NCBI GenBank assembly: GCA_023488435.1
Contig: JAMDCK010000057.1
Span: 1 to 59,094 of the forward strand
DNA: 59,094 bases
Origin: Actinomycetota bacterium
Lineage (GTDB): Bacteria; Actinomycetota; Coriobacteriia; Anaerosomatales; UBA912
Direction: 5' to 3'
In this document: piece after piece, positions 1-14,686 of the stretch
Layout of the letters: each line of letters opens with the position of its first letter
How positions within the stretch are numbered: position 1 is the stretch's first letter
Program-made: the position numbers and the translations under genes
Notes under the pieces: generated by a model
Database searches by the model: none
What the model saw: the letters and a program-made list of their open reading frames with translations, nothing else
What the model was told of the DNA's origin: nothing

Positions 1-134
1 GTAACGAACTGCTGAGAGAGACGCTCGGAGGCCCGCTGTTCAGCTGGTACGTGCGCAACAAGAAGATCGAGTGGGACTCCTACCGCAGCAGAGTCACGCC
101 GTGGGAGATGGAGGAGTACCTGCCGCTCCTGTAG
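1..134 (+). CDS. glnA: glutamine synthetase, C-terminal fragment (5' part lies outside the window)
   Basis: The frame starting at nt 3 reads NELLRETLGGPLFSWYVRNKKIEWDSYRSRVTPWEMEEYLPLL*. This resembles the EW..(Y/F)R..V..WE...Y tail of type I glutamine synthetases. Only 44 codons are visible. Confidence 0.45.
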   Translation, partial: NELLRETLGGPLFSWYVRNKKIEWDSYRSRVTPWEMEEYLPLL

Positions 135-167
135 AGCGGGCAACGGGACTTCGGCTCCACAAGAACT

Positions 168-1028
168 TTAGGCCTCTCTCCCCGAAAGGGAGGGGGGCCT
201 TTCTATTCGACCGGTCGCGAGCTGCTCGGCGTCGAGGGTTTCGTTCAGACTGCCGCTGCGGTAGCCCTCGAGGTCGGCTGCGGCGAAAGCAAAACCCGCT
301 GCCTTGACGCGGGTCGAAATCTCCGAGCGAAGTTCCCAGGCCCTGTCCATCTCTGGAGGGTCGATCTCGACCCTGGCGATGTCACCGTGGATCCGCACCC
401 GGAACTGCCGGAAACCAAGATCGCGCAGGGAATCCTCGGCTTGGGCGACGCGTTGAAGCTTGTCTTCGGAGATGCTCTCGCCGTACGGGAAACGTGAGGC
501 GAGGCAGGCCATGCTAGGCTTGTCCCAGTTGGGCAGACCCAGCTCTCCAGCAATCTGTCGGATCTCCGCCTTCGTCAGTCCCACATCTGCCATGGGGCTT
601 TGTATGCCGTACTCGATAGCCGCGCGGGTTCCCGGGCGAAAGTCCGAGCGATCATCGATATTCGAGCCATCGAGTACACTTTCGAGTCCCCGATGGTCGG
701 CGACGGTTCTTAGCAGACTGAACAGCTCGGACTTGCAGTAGAAGCAACGGTCCGTGTCGTTCCTGCGGAAGCGCGGGTCGGCCAGCTCACTGGTTTCCAC
801 GACGTGGAGGCGCAATCCGAGTTCGGCCGCAAGCTGTGTTGCGTACTCGACCTCGCGCGCCGGGTAGGTATCGCTGCTGGCCAAGACCGCAAGACACCGA
901 TGCCCATGCACTACGTGTGCCGCGACTGCCAGCAAGGTTGAGTCTATGCCGCCGGAGAAGGCTACAAGGACACTCTTGTACTCGCCGAGGCGATCGAGCA
1001 AGGCATCGTACTTTTGTATGGAGTCCAC
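168..1028 (-). CDS. larE: ATP-dependent sulfur transferase, LarE / PP-loop (TIGR00268-like) family
   Basis: 286-aa ORF with the PP-loop SGGIDS near the N-terminus and the conserved cysteine motif KPSMACLASRF typical of LarE-type enzymes. Confidence 0.75.
   Translation of the reverse strand: MDSIQKYDALLDRLGEYKSVLVAFSGGIDSTLLAVAAHVVHGHRCLAVLASSDTYPAREVEYATQLAAELGLRLHVVETSELADPRFRRNDTDRCFYCKSELFSLLRTVADHRGLESVLDGSNIDDRSDFRPGTRAAIEYGIQSPMADVGLTKAEIRQIAGELGLPNWDKPSMACLASRFPYGESISEDKLQRVAQAEDSLRDLGFRQFRVRIHGDIARVEIDPPEMDRAWELRSEISTRVKAAGFAFAAADLEGYRSGSLNETLDAEQLATGRIERPPSLSGREA
171..204. terminator. GC-rich hairpin between convergent glnA and larE
   Basis: ggcctctctccc-gaaa-gggaggggggcc followed by tttct. 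It overlaps the last codons of the minus-strand larE ORF. Confidence 0.35.
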
Positions 1029-1167
1029 TTCAGCGCCCCCAAGTTCTGTTAGCAGAAACAGTATAGCGGGTTGGCGGACCGTGTGAACGGTTCACTAACA
1101 CTATCGGAAGAAAGAGGCGAATCGATAACACAGCGGTTGAAAGACGCCGATGAAAGGCTATCCACCA

Positions 1168-1734
1168 TCAGCCATCGGGGGTCCAGCGGCGGTCGGTCGC
1201 AGAAGTGGTGTCGGTCATGCACCGCGCCATTACGAATAGCACATCGGAGAGTCTGTTGATGTAAGCGAGCAATACCGGGTCGACAGGTTCCTCGGTGGCA
1301 CACTGTACGACACTGCGTTCGGCGCGGCGCACAACGGCGCGTGCCAGATGGAGTCGGGCGGAACGTTCGCTGCCTCCGGGTAGCACGAAGGTCGATGTTC
1401 CCGCTATCACGCAGGCCCGTTCATCGATGAAGCGCTCGAGTTCGGAGACGTCAGCCTGCGACACGAATGCGCCTCTGCCGACGGCGTCGGGAGGTGCGGC
1501 CAGCATCGCGCAGCAGTCCAGGAGGCGGTTCTGGACGGAGTGGAGGACGCCGTCGATGGCTGCGTCCGTCTGCCGGTCAGAATCGAGAGCCATTCGCGCC
1601 AAGCCAAGGGCGCAGCTCGCTTCGTCTAGATCCCCCAACGCTTGGATCAGGCAGCCGGATTTCGACGCCTTTCGGCCGCCTACGAGAGAGGTCTCTCCGC
1701 TGTCACCTACGCGAGTATAGATCCTGTCCGCCAC
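1168..1734 (-). CDS. pduO: ATP:cob(I)alamin adenosyltransferase, PduO type
   Basis: 188-aa ORF starting MADRIYTRVGDSGETSLVGG. The downstream GDLDEASCALG helix region is characteristic of PduO-type adenosyltransferases. Confidence 0.8.
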   Translation of the reverse strand: MADRIYTRVGDSGETSLVGGRKASKSGCLIQALGDLDEASCALGLARMALDSDRQTDAAIDGVLHSVQNRLLDCCAMLAAPPDAVGRGAFVSQADVSELERFIDERACVIAGTSTFVLPGGSERSARLHLARAVVRRAERSVVQCATEEPVDPVLLAYINRLSDVLFVMARCMTDTTSATDRRWTPDG

Positions 1735-1861
1735 TTCGGCTCCTTTCCTCGAAACCTAGCAATCCAGTCTATCACTACGACGTGCGTGCGTTCGGCGGGT
1801 TGCGGTAGTAAAATGATATGTTGGTCAAATTCCGACTCTCGTTAGGAGCTGTTCTCACTAA

Positions 1862-4705
<2,844 letters not shown>

Positions 4706-6011
4706 GCGCCGCTGTCGCGTTCTTCGGCGCGGCGACGTTGGTATTCGTGATCTTCGTGGGACAGCTCAGAATGCCCGGCGAGTATTTCGAGATTCGTCCC
4801 ACGGAGCAATCGAATCCTGCCGAGGCGAGCTTACGGAGCCTGCGGCTGGCTGGAATCGAGAATGCAACAGTGGGACTCAGCGCTGGTGGCGACATGGCGA
4901 TGGTGCGCCTAGAGGTCCCGGGTTTCGACACCGCGGCTGACGCGGAGATCGCGTGGCAGGCCGGGGTGACGGCACTTGCGGCCTCGTTCCCAGAGTCGGA
5001 GCGGTACGTCGTGCAGCTCGCTCATCAGGAGGCACCGATTCTCGAGGTCGAGTGGCCCGCCGAGGCGGTGCGCGCGGCAATCGACGGGGATGATGCCGCC
5101 CGGCTCGCGGGGGATGCGGACTTCCGCTTCTTGCCCTCGGAGGCGAGCGGCGAGGCCACTCCGGGAACCCGGATGCCGGTCCCGAGCATGAGCATCGATG
5201 CCGAGGCACCCGGGCACTACCTCGATCAGAAGAACCGCGCCTTCGGGCTCGCGACCGGGGAGCCGCTGCCGCTCGGCGCCGAGCTCGCGCAAAGCGCGAG
5301 CGCAATGCGGGCGGCGGCTCCCGGGATCCCCGCGCTCCCAGCGGGCAGCGACGCCGGCCGGACCTGGGCGGCAATCGCCGCCGCCGCCCTGCATCGGGTG
5401 GGCGAGCCCACCCCGGCGCCCCGCGTCGACGCCACCGGCGTGCTGTCGGAGCTCGAGGCGCTGCCGGCGGGCTTGCAGCCCGCCGAGGTCGCCCGGGTGC
5501 GCGCGATCGCGCTGGCGGCCATAGCGATCGATGGCGGGTCGCTGGGTAGCGTGCTGGCCGCCAGCCACGCGCTCGCAGAGCGCGTGGGCGCTTCGCGCCC
5601 GATCACGCGCGGCGACCTCGCGGCGGTCCGCGAGGCCTTCGAGGCTGCAACCCCCGACGCCGCTGGCGCGGACCGCCCGGCGCGCCCGGTCGGCGACTTC
5701 GAGCGCGCCGAGGAGCTCGACCTCGCCCCTTCGGCGGCTGTGGGTGATGGCGACTCCGTGGTCGAGCGGGCGCTTGCCGCGCACGCAGAGGCCGGGCTGC
5801 CGCTCATCGCCGAGGGCAGGCGCGAGACGCTCGCCCCCGAGCGGTGGCTCGCTCATCGGCGGGGCGACGGCCGGGTCTTCTGGCTGGCTGGCGAGGGCGG
5901 CACCAGGGCGATCACTGACGCCTCGCTGCGTGGCTGGGGCTGGACGCGGGAGCGTGTCGCCGTGGTCGACGCCGCCCAGCCCGGGCGCGTGCTCGCACAC
6001 GTGGAGGTGAG

Positions 6012-7892
6012 GTGAGCGTGACCCGCGAGAACGTCTCGATCACCGACAGACTCGCGGGCGTGCCGGACGTCTGCGGGGTCTACCTGTGGAAGGACGCCGC
6101 TGGTCAGGTGGTCTACGTCGGCAAGGCGAAGTCCCTGCGCAAACGCATGCGGCAATACGTCACGGGGCAGGATGACCGCGAGAAGATCCCGCTCATGATG
6201 GAGCTCGTCGCGGATTTCGATTACGTCGTCACCGACACCGAGATCGAGTCGCTCATCCTTGAGAAGAACCTCATCCGGCAGTTCTCGCCTGCGTTCAACG
6301 TCGATTATCGCGACGACAAGAGCTACCCGTTCATCGCGCTGACCACCGTCGAGCGCTTCCCAGCGATCAAGTTCACGCGCGAGAAGCATCGCGACGGCAT
6401 CATCTACTTCGGGCCGTACACCGACTCCCGCGCGGCGCGCGCCACCATCGAGGCCGTCCGCAAGGTCTACCCGATCTGCAGCGCGTCGTGCGTCGAGTGG
6501 AAGCGGCTTGTCGCCCGTGGCGGCGAGCCAGCGGGGCGCGCGTGCTTCGACTACAGCGTCGGGCGCGGGCCGGGCGCTTGCGTCGGCGCGATATCCGCCG
6601 AGGAGTACGCCGCAGTTATCGCCAAGGTCGCCGAGTTCCTCCGCGGCCGCCAATCCGACGTCGCCGACGAGCTCGAATCGAGGATGCGCGCCGCCGCAGA
6701 CGACCTCGACTACGAGCGCGCGGCGAGGTTCCGCAATCGCCTCGAGGCCATCCGCGTGCTGCAGGAGCGCCAGAAGGTGGTCTCGGCACGTAAGCTCGAC
6801 GTCGACATCATCGGCATCTTCCGCGAGGAGACGATCGCCGGCGTCCACGTGCTCGTGGTCCGCGAGGGGCGAGTCCTCATCGGCAACGAATTCGTGCTCG
6901 ACAAGGGGATGGATGTCTCGGCACAAGCGCTGATCGAGGGATTTTTGCTGCGCTACTACGATCAGGCCACATACATCCCGGCCGAGGTCGTCGTGCACGA
7001 TGCCCCCGAGGACGCCGAGACCTTCGAGGAGTGGCTCTCGGGGCTGCGCCGCAAGAAGGTGCGCATCACCACGCCCCGGCGCGGCGAGAAGCACGCGCTC
7101 CAGCAGATGGCCGAGGTCAACGCGCGGCACACGCTCATGCGCCACAAGATGAGGACCCGCTACGACGACGAGCGCATCAACCTCGCGCTGTTGCAGCTCG
7201 AAAGCGCGCTCGCGCTCGAAGCCGCGCCCATGCGCATCGAGTGCTACGACATCTCGACGCTGCACGGCCGGCACTCGGTCGGCTCGATGGTGGTGTTCGC
7301 GAACGGACGCGCTGAAGTCGCCTCCTATCGCCGGTTCCGCGTCAGACGCCCCGCCGAGGAGGCCGACGACTTCGCGATGATGGCCGAGGTGATCCGCCGC
7401 CGCTTCGATCCCGAACGCCGCGCCGACGAGCGCTTCGGAGCGATGCCCGATCTCGTGATCGTCGACGGCGGCAAGGGTCAGCTCTCGGCAGCGCGGGCAG
7501 CGCTTCGCGAGGTCGGTGCCGAAGGGGTGGCGATCGTGGCCCTCGCCAAGCGAGAGGAGGAGCTGTTCGTCCCGGGCTTCGACGCACCGGTAATGCTGCC
7601 GCCGGGATCGCCCTCGCTCTACCTCGTCAAGCGCATCCGGGACGAGGCGCACCGTTTTGCGGTAACCTACCACCGGGAGCTTCGCGGCAAAGCGATGACC
7701 GCGAGCGTGCTCGACGACATCCCCGGCGTGGGCCCCAAGCGCAAGAAGGCGCTCATGAAGGCGTTCGGCTCGGTGCGCAAGATGCGAGAGGCGAGCGTCG
7801 AGGAACTCTCGGCAACACCGGGCATCCCACATGAGGTCGCCGAGGACATCTTCGCGGTGTTCTCGGAAGGCGGAGAGGGGACGGAGAGCTGA
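6012..7892 (+). CDS. uvrC: excinuclease ABC subunit C
   Basis: 626 aa. GIY-YIG N-terminus (GVYLWKDAAGQVVYVGKA), UVR domain (DYERAARFRNRLEAI), C-terminal HhH (IPGVGPKRKKALMKAFGS). Confidence 0.96.
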   Translation: MSVTRENVSITDRLAGVPDVCGVYLWKDAAGQVVYVGKAKSLRKRMRQYVTGQDDREKIPLMMELVADFDYVVTDTEIESLILEKNLIRQFSPAFNVDYRDDKSYPFIALTTVERFPAIKFTREKHRDGIIYFGPYTDSRAARATIEAVRKVYPICSASCVEWKRLVARGGEPAGRACFDYSVGRGPGACVGAISAEEYAAVIAKVAEFLRGRQSDVADELESRMRAAADDLDYERAARFRNRLEAIRVLQERQKVVSARKLDVDIIGIFREETIAGVHVLVVREGRVLIGNEFVLDKGMDVSAQALIEGFLLRYYDQATYIPAEVVVHDAPEDAETFEEWLSGLRRKKVRITTPRRGEKHALQQMAEVNARHTLMRHKMRTRYDDERINLALLQLESALALEAAPMRIECYDISTLHGRHSVGSMVVFANGRAEVASYRRFRVRRPAEEADDFAMMAEVIRRRFDPERRADERFGAMPDLVIVDGGKGQLSAARAALREVGAEGVAIVALAKREEELFVPGFDAPVMLPPGSPSLYLVKRIRDEAHRFAVTYHRELRGKAMTASVLDDIPGVGPKRKKALMKAFGSVRKMREASVEELSATPGIPHEVAEDIFAVFSEGGEGTES

Positions 7893-7912
7893 CCACCGCG
7901 ACAAGACATACC

Positions 7913-9592
7913 TTGAGGGGACTGCTGCGCACCGAGATCCAGGCGGCCCGGGGGGCGTTTCAGAAGAACAAGCGCGATATGCTGATCGCCGCACCCTACT
8001 GGTTCGTTGCGATAGCAGTCGTATTCGCCGGAATAATATCGACGTTCTCGGTAGCCATGAATTGGGTCGCCGGACCGCTAGAGGCTGCACAAGCCAAAAC
8101 GGCTGTCGCGTCCGCCACATATTTTGTGCTTATCGTGCTGTTCATTCTCATGTTCTTGCTGGCTCTGGACAGGGCATGGCCGGACATGCTTGACAGACGC
8201 CATTTCGAGTCCGCAGACAGGCCGGAAGGAGTAAGCGGCAGCGAGGCGCTCAAGGTCATCGCATTCCGCTTCTTCAGAACGAGCTTCTTCTCAACGTCGA
8301 CCTTTCTGTGCATTCTCCTTTTTGGCGTGGCGCCTCTGGCGGCGCTAGGCCCACCGTCGGGCGCACCCTACCACTATTACCTGGCGTTGTTGCCGGTCCT
8401 GTACCTTTTCTCGATGGTGCCTTCGTCGCTAGGCGTTCTTGGGGCTGCGGTTCTGTCTCGAATCATCAGCAGCAACGGGGTGGCGAAGTTTTTCGGCGCA
8501 GTAAGCTTCTTCTCGATCTTCTTGTTGCTGCTTGGGTTCGGTTTTGCGATGACTGCAGTGCTCCCTCCCGCCGTCGCCCTCATTACTGACTCGAAAGCTG
8601 TGCTGGCAAGTGTCCCACCCCTCGGCCCTGCGGCCACATCGCTCAACTACTTCCTTCAGGGGGAGGCCTCAGAGGGGCTAGCGCTTCTTTTGATTGCGCT
8701 CGGCTCAGGGATGGCGGCTTCAGCCGCTGGACTCGCGCTCACGCAGCGATTGCACTCTGCGAACTTGACCCAACAGGGGGCTTTACCCGCGACCGACATC
8801 GTTTCGAGGAAGTTCTCCCTCAGTCACTACGGTAGGGTCGCAATCGCTGAGTGGAAAGACAAGTACGCTCATACCGACGTCATGGTGGGCATCGCCCTCT
8901 TCTCGGCCATAGGCATTGCGGGCTATCTCTTTCTGGCGCACAGCATCGCGCCGGAGGATTCGGAGGCTATAGGCCTAGCAGTCCTCGTCCACTCTGCTGT
9001 CATCGGCCTTGTGTCGTATGCGGTGTTCAAGATTATAAGGCTCGCGGGCGTTGCCGCATCTCGCGGCCTTGAGGCCGACGAGATGGAAGCTGAGATGACC
9101 GAGAGCTTCATGTACGAACACGAGCGTCGGCTCTACGGGGCATTCGATCTGACCGGCAGCGAGATAGCTTGGTGTCGGTGGCTGTTCTTCTTCTTGCCAC
9201 TAGCTTTAGCCGCTGGGTCGGTTTTGCTCGTAGTGAACCTGTTGATCGGCGCCGATGCGGCAACAGCGGTCAGGTCGAGCTTTTCTCTGATGTTGCTGCT
9301 AGGGATGTTCCTGGCATCGATGCAACTGAAGGAAGCGGTGATGATCGCTGAGCGGGAGTTCACTTTTTGGGCGGCATTGCGGCCCTACGTCTTCTACGTG
9401 GCTGGGATCCTCATGCTCGTACCCAGCGTAGGCGGCCGGCAAGCATTCCTTGCCGAGCACTATCTGTGGCTGACCTCCCAGGCACTCGGTTACGCTGGCA
9501 GCGCAGCGTTCGCGCTACTGACGCTGTCCGTCTTGGTCAGTTCGCTAGACAGGGCTGGGCGAGAGTGGGAGAAGACCAAGACATGGAGATAG
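7913..9592 (+). CDS. polytopic integral membrane protein, unknown function
   Basis: 559-aa ORF with about 10-12 hydrophobic segments and no catalytic motif recognised. TTG start at 7913, with ATG 7979 as an alternative. The stop overlaps the next gene's ATG by 10 nt. Confidence 0.6.
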   Translation: MRGLLRTEIQAARGAFQKNKRDMLIAAPYWFVAIAVVFAGIISTFSVAMNWVAGPLEAAQAKTAVASATYFVLIVLFILMFLLALDRAWPDMLDRRHFESADRPEGVSGSEALKVIAFRFFRTSFFSTSTFLCILLFGVAPLAALGPPSGAPYHYYLALLPVLYLFSMVPSSLGVLGAAVLSRIISSNGVAKFFGAVSFFSIFLLLLGFGFAMTAVLPPAVALITDSKAVLASVPPLGPAATSLNYFLQGEASEGLALLLIALGSGMAASAAGLALTQRLHSANLTQQGALPATDIVSRKFSLSHYGRVAIAEWKDKYAHTDVMVGIALFSAIGIAGYLFLAHSIAPEDSEAIGLAVLVHSAVIGLVSYAVFKIIRLAGVAASRGLEADEMEAEMTESFMYEHERRLYGAFDLTGSEIAWCRWLFFFLPLALAAGSVLLVVNLLIGADAATAVRSSFSLMLLLGMFLASMQLKEAVMIAEREFTFWAALRPYVFYVAGILMLVPSVGGRQAFLAEHYLWLTSQALGYAGSAAFALLTLSVLVSSLDRAGREWEKTKTWR

Positions 9593-10752
9593 TAACCATC
9601 GCTGCCTGGGCGGCCTTCGGATATTGCGCGCTCTTTGTCATGAGCTGTGTCCACTTGATCGGACAGTTCATCACAGCCTCGCTATTCGGGAGAAAAGCGA
9701 AAAGATTCGTCATAGGGTTCGGACGACAACTCGTTGTGCGCACATATCGCGACACCGAGTACACCATGAAGATGTTTCCCATAGGCGGGCACTTGGTCTT
9801 CCCCCAAGACGAGGAGGCCGACGAGGAGCGAGTCAGACTGACCGAGGAACAGCTCGAGCAGCGCAAAGAGCAGGACGAGGTAGTCGAGCAGACCATCGGT
9901 ATGAGCGAGAATCTGCCGGGGCTTGAGGTGTTGGGAGATCAATTCAAAGACAGGGCGTCTATACACCAGCGCCTCGCGATGGCGATCTCTGGCCCGTTGA
10001 CGAGCGCCGCCGTCGGATTCCTGGGGTTTGTCGCAGCAGGCTTCTTCTATGGAGCGACTGCCCTGACCGCAACGATCGGGACGCCTACCGGCTTGGCGGC
10101 CGCGTCAGGCATACAAGAAGGAGACACGATAGTCGCAATCGATGGACAACCCGTGGGAAGGTGGCCACAAGCTGACGCGCTTGCCTACGCAGCTCTCACT
10201 GGACCGGAAGAGATGCTCACACTTACCGTGCGCCGAGAAGGCGGGACACGCGACTTTGCGATAACCCCTGACTCGACCTACTCGGACCTTCGGGAGCTGG
10301 GTATGCCCCACAAAGAGGTGCGCTTCAGCATGTCAGAATCGGTTGGAGGCGCTACCGATCGGTTGCTCGATGTGATGATGATTGGGCGGATGGTCGCACA
10401 TTCAGTTGCTACGAACTTGGGAGGGTCAAGTGGCCCTTCAGGGCCCCAATCGACCGATGACCCGAGTGAGGAGCCAGCCCCTGACGAGACCGCTCTACCG
10501 AGTGAAGACCGTCCGGGGGCGCTGGAGGTGGCTCTGAATATATTCGCCATCGGCAACCTCCTTTATGCGGCCGTCGGCCTCATTCCTATTCCTCCCTTCG
10601 ATGGCGGGACCATCCTCAACTCGATGATCCGAGTGATCAGGGGGCGCTCTGCGCCCGGTCTGGAGTTCGCGCTCACGCTAACAGGGGTGATAGCAGCTAC
10701 GATGGTGTTCGTCAGCATGTTGTGGCGTCAGGTCCAAGCTTTCCTCCTATAA
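9583..10752 (+). CDS. RseP/site-2-protease (M50)-like membrane protein with PDZ domain, degenerate metal site
   Basis: ATG 9583 overlaps the upstream stop. The N-terminus VHLIGQFITASLFGRKAKRFVIGFG..MFPIGGH aligns with RseP VHEFGHF..GV.V..FS.GFG..IPLGGY. PDZ-like GIQEGDTIVAIDGQPV. C-terminal NLLYAAVGLIPIPPFDGG matches the NxxPxxxLDG motif. The HExxH position reads HLIGQ. Confidence 0.65.
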   Translation: MEIVTIAAWAAFGYCALFVMSCVHLIGQFITASLFGRKAKRFVIGFGRQLVVRTYRDTEYTMKMFPIGGHLVFPQDEEADEERVRLTEEQLEQRKEQDEVVEQTIGMSENLPGLEVLGDQFKDRASIHQRLAMAISGPLTSAAVGFLGFVAAGFFYGATALTATIGTPTGLAAASGIQEGDTIVAIDGQPVGRWPQADALAYAALTGPEEMLTLTVRREGGTRDFAITPDSTYSDLRELGMPHKEVRFSMSESVGGATDRLLDVMMIGRMVAHSVATNLGGSSGPSGPQSTDDPSEEPAPDETALPSEDRPGALEVALNIFAIGNLLYAAVGLIPIPPFDGGTILNSMIRVIRGRSAPGLEFALTLTGVIAATMVFVSMLWRQVQAFLL

Positions 10753-10776
10753 GCGCATCACGGATCAGACGCTGGT

Positions 10777-11787
10777 ATGCGAGAGCGAAGACTTCCGTTG
10801 GCCGATGCCCCTATAATGAGACAGCGAATCGATAGTTCTGAGCGACTCGGAAGGGCGGAACCCATGAGCGGGACTTGTGAATCGAGCGTCGAGGATCGGG
10901 ATGCAGCGGAGACATCCACCGAACTCGTGGTGATCACAGGCATGTCGGGCGCCGGGCGCACCGAGGCCATCCACACCTTCGAGGACATGGGGTACTTCTG
11001 CATCGACAACATCCCGCCTGGGTTCATCAGCCAGGTCGTCGCGCTGATGGCGCTCCCGGGAAGCCGCATCCAGCGGATGGCGCTGGTGTGCGACGTACGC
11101 TCGCAGGAGTTCTTCGACGAGCTCCTCGGCGAGCTGAAGAATCTCGATGACGGTGGCATAGCGTATGAGCTGCTCTTCCTCGACGCCGACGACGACACCC
11201 TCGTGCGGCGCTTCAAGGAGACCCGCAGGCGGCATCCGCTGTGCTCGGCGAGCGGATCGGTCCTTGAGGGCATCATCGCCGAGCGAAAGATACTCGGCGA
11301 GGTGCGCGCCCGCGCGGACGTCATCCTCGACTCGAGCACACTCAAGCCAGCCGAACTGCGCGCCGCTATCAAGCAGCGGTTCTCGACATCGAGTGCGCCG
11401 TCGCTAACTGTCACGGTGTCGTCGTTCGGCTTCAAGTACGGCATCTCGATCGACGCCGACATCGTCATGGACGTGCGTTTCCTGCCCAACCCCTACTACC
11501 TGCCTGGCCTGCGCGAACTCACCGGACTCGATCCCGACGTCCGCGCCTTCGTGCTCGAGCGCGAGGCTACCACCGAGTTCATCGCAAAGTGGTTCGCGCT
11601 CCTAGAGACGCTGCTCCCCAGCTATCTCGCCGAGGGTAAGGCGCACCTCGTCATCGCGCTCGGCTGCACCGGCGGCATGCACCGCAGTGTCGCACTCGCC
11701 GAGGAGACCGCGGCTTTCCTCGGCTCGAAAGGCTATCAGGTCGCGGTCAGTCATCGGGACATCAACAAGGATCGGGCATCGCGATGA
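10777..11787 (+). CDS. rapZ: RNase adapter / nucleotide-binding protein RapZ (YvcJ)
   Basis: P-loop GMSGAGRTEA and C-terminal CTGGMHRSVALAEE, in conserved position before yvcK-whiA. The true start may be the internal ATG near 10864. Confidence 0.9.
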   Translation: MRERRLPLADAPIMRQRIDSSERLGRAEPMSGTCESSVEDRDAAETSTELVVITGMSGAGRTEAIHTFEDMGYFCIDNIPPGFISQVVALMALPGSRIQRMALVCDVRSQEFFDELLGELKNLDDGGIAYELLFLDADDDTLVRRFKETRRRHPLCSASGSVLEGIIAERKILGEVRARADVILDSSTLKPAELRAAIKQRFSTSSAPSLTVTVSSFGFKYGISIDADIVMDVRFLPNPYYLPGLRELTGLDPDVRAFVLEREATTEFIAKWFALLETLLPSYLAEGKAHLVIALGCTGGMHRSVALAEETAAFLGSKGYQVAVSHRDINKDRASR

Positions 11788-12713
11788 GAGGGGCCTTATC
11801 GGCACGCAAAGGGGTTGCGATAGGCGGAGGAACCGGCCTGCCGAGGGTGCTTCGCTGCCTGCTCGACCTCGGATTCGACACCTCGGCGGTCGTCACGATG
11901 GCAGATGACGGCGGATCGACCGGCATGCTCAGGGAGCAGATGGGAATCCTGCCGCCGGGCGACATCAGGAATTGCCTGGTCGCGATGGCCGATACGGGTA
12001 GCCTGCCCGCGCAGCTCTTCCAGTACCGCTTCCCGCAAGGCGAGGGGCTGGCGGGCCATGCGCTCGGGAACCTCGTAATCGCGGCGCTCACCGACCTCAC
12101 GCAAAGCTTCCCTGACGCCATCGACGCCGCCGGAGGGCTGCTCGACTCACAGGGCAGGGTGCTCCCCAGCACGCTTGCCGACGTGCGCCTCAGCGCCAAG
12201 GACGCCGCCGGAAGGCCGATCAGTGGGCAGGCGCGTCTGGCGCACTCCAACGGCCCGCTCGCCGACATCGAGCTGGAGCCCGGATTCCCGAAGGCTTACG
12301 GGCCCGCGCTCGAGGCTATCGCGTCTGCCGATGTCATCGTCATCGGTCCGGGCAGCCTCTTCACGAGCATCCTGCCGAACCTGCTGGTAGAAGGCGTCGC
12401 CGACGCGATCCGGCGATCGGAAGCGCTTAGGGTCTACGTGTGCAACGTGGCGAACCAGCGCGGCGAGACCAGTGGGATGGACGCCTTCGACCACCTGCGC
12501 ACCCTGATCGATCACGGACTTTCGGGCGCGATCGACGTCGCCCTCGTCCACGACTCACCGACACCCTCGGCGGTCGCCGCTGACGCGAGCGTCCGCGAGC
12601 GCATGGCCTCGCTGGGCCCCAAGGTCGTCTCGGCGGATCTCTCGGATCCCGGGGACCCCAACAGGCACTCGCAAGACAAGCTGCTAGCAGCACTTCGGGA
12701 GGTCATCGGGTAG
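11784..12713 (+). CDS. yvcK: gluconeogenesis factor YvcK (CofD-like) family protein
   Basis: 309 aa with the IGGGTGLP N-terminal motif. Overlaps the rapZ stop. Conserved rapZ-yvcK-whiA synteny. Confidence 0.9.
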   Translation: MRGALSARKGVAIGGGTGLPRVLRCLLDLGFDTSAVVTMADDGGSTGMLREQMGILPPGDIRNCLVAMADTGSLPAQLFQYRFPQGEGLAGHALGNLVIAALTDLTQSFPDAIDAAGGLLDSQGRVLPSTLADVRLSAKDAAGRPISGQARLAHSNGPLADIELEPGFPKAYGPALEAIASADVIVIGPGSLFTSILPNLLVEGVADAIRRSEALRVYVCNVANQRGETSGMDAFDHLRTLIDHGLSGAIDVALVHDSPTPSAVAADASVRERMASLGPKVVSADLSDPGDPNRHSQDKLLAALREVIG

Positions 12714-14668
<1,955 letters not shown>

Positions 14669-14686
14669 GCACGGTACGGAGGCCCG

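Noticed and set aside
1735-1861. LexA box upstream of uvrA, which is often SOS-regulated.
   Set aside because: No CGAAC-N4-GTTCG-like palindrome is visible in the uvrA upstream region. Only the 46225-46238 site in this window fits the operator.
5853-8120. 755-aa minus-strand ORF, the longest in this region.
   Set aside because: It is antisense to uvrC, which has unmistakable GIY-YIG/UVR/HhH motifs. Its translation is Arg/Ala/Pro-rich low complexity, typical of spurious antisense ORFs in high-GC DNA. The same reasoning applies to 4909-6000(-), 2185-2781(-), 3671-4444(-), 10758-11489(-), 24104-25147(-), 25441-26355(+), 42934-44052(+), 44049-45062(-), 49212-49955(-) and 50614-51261(-).
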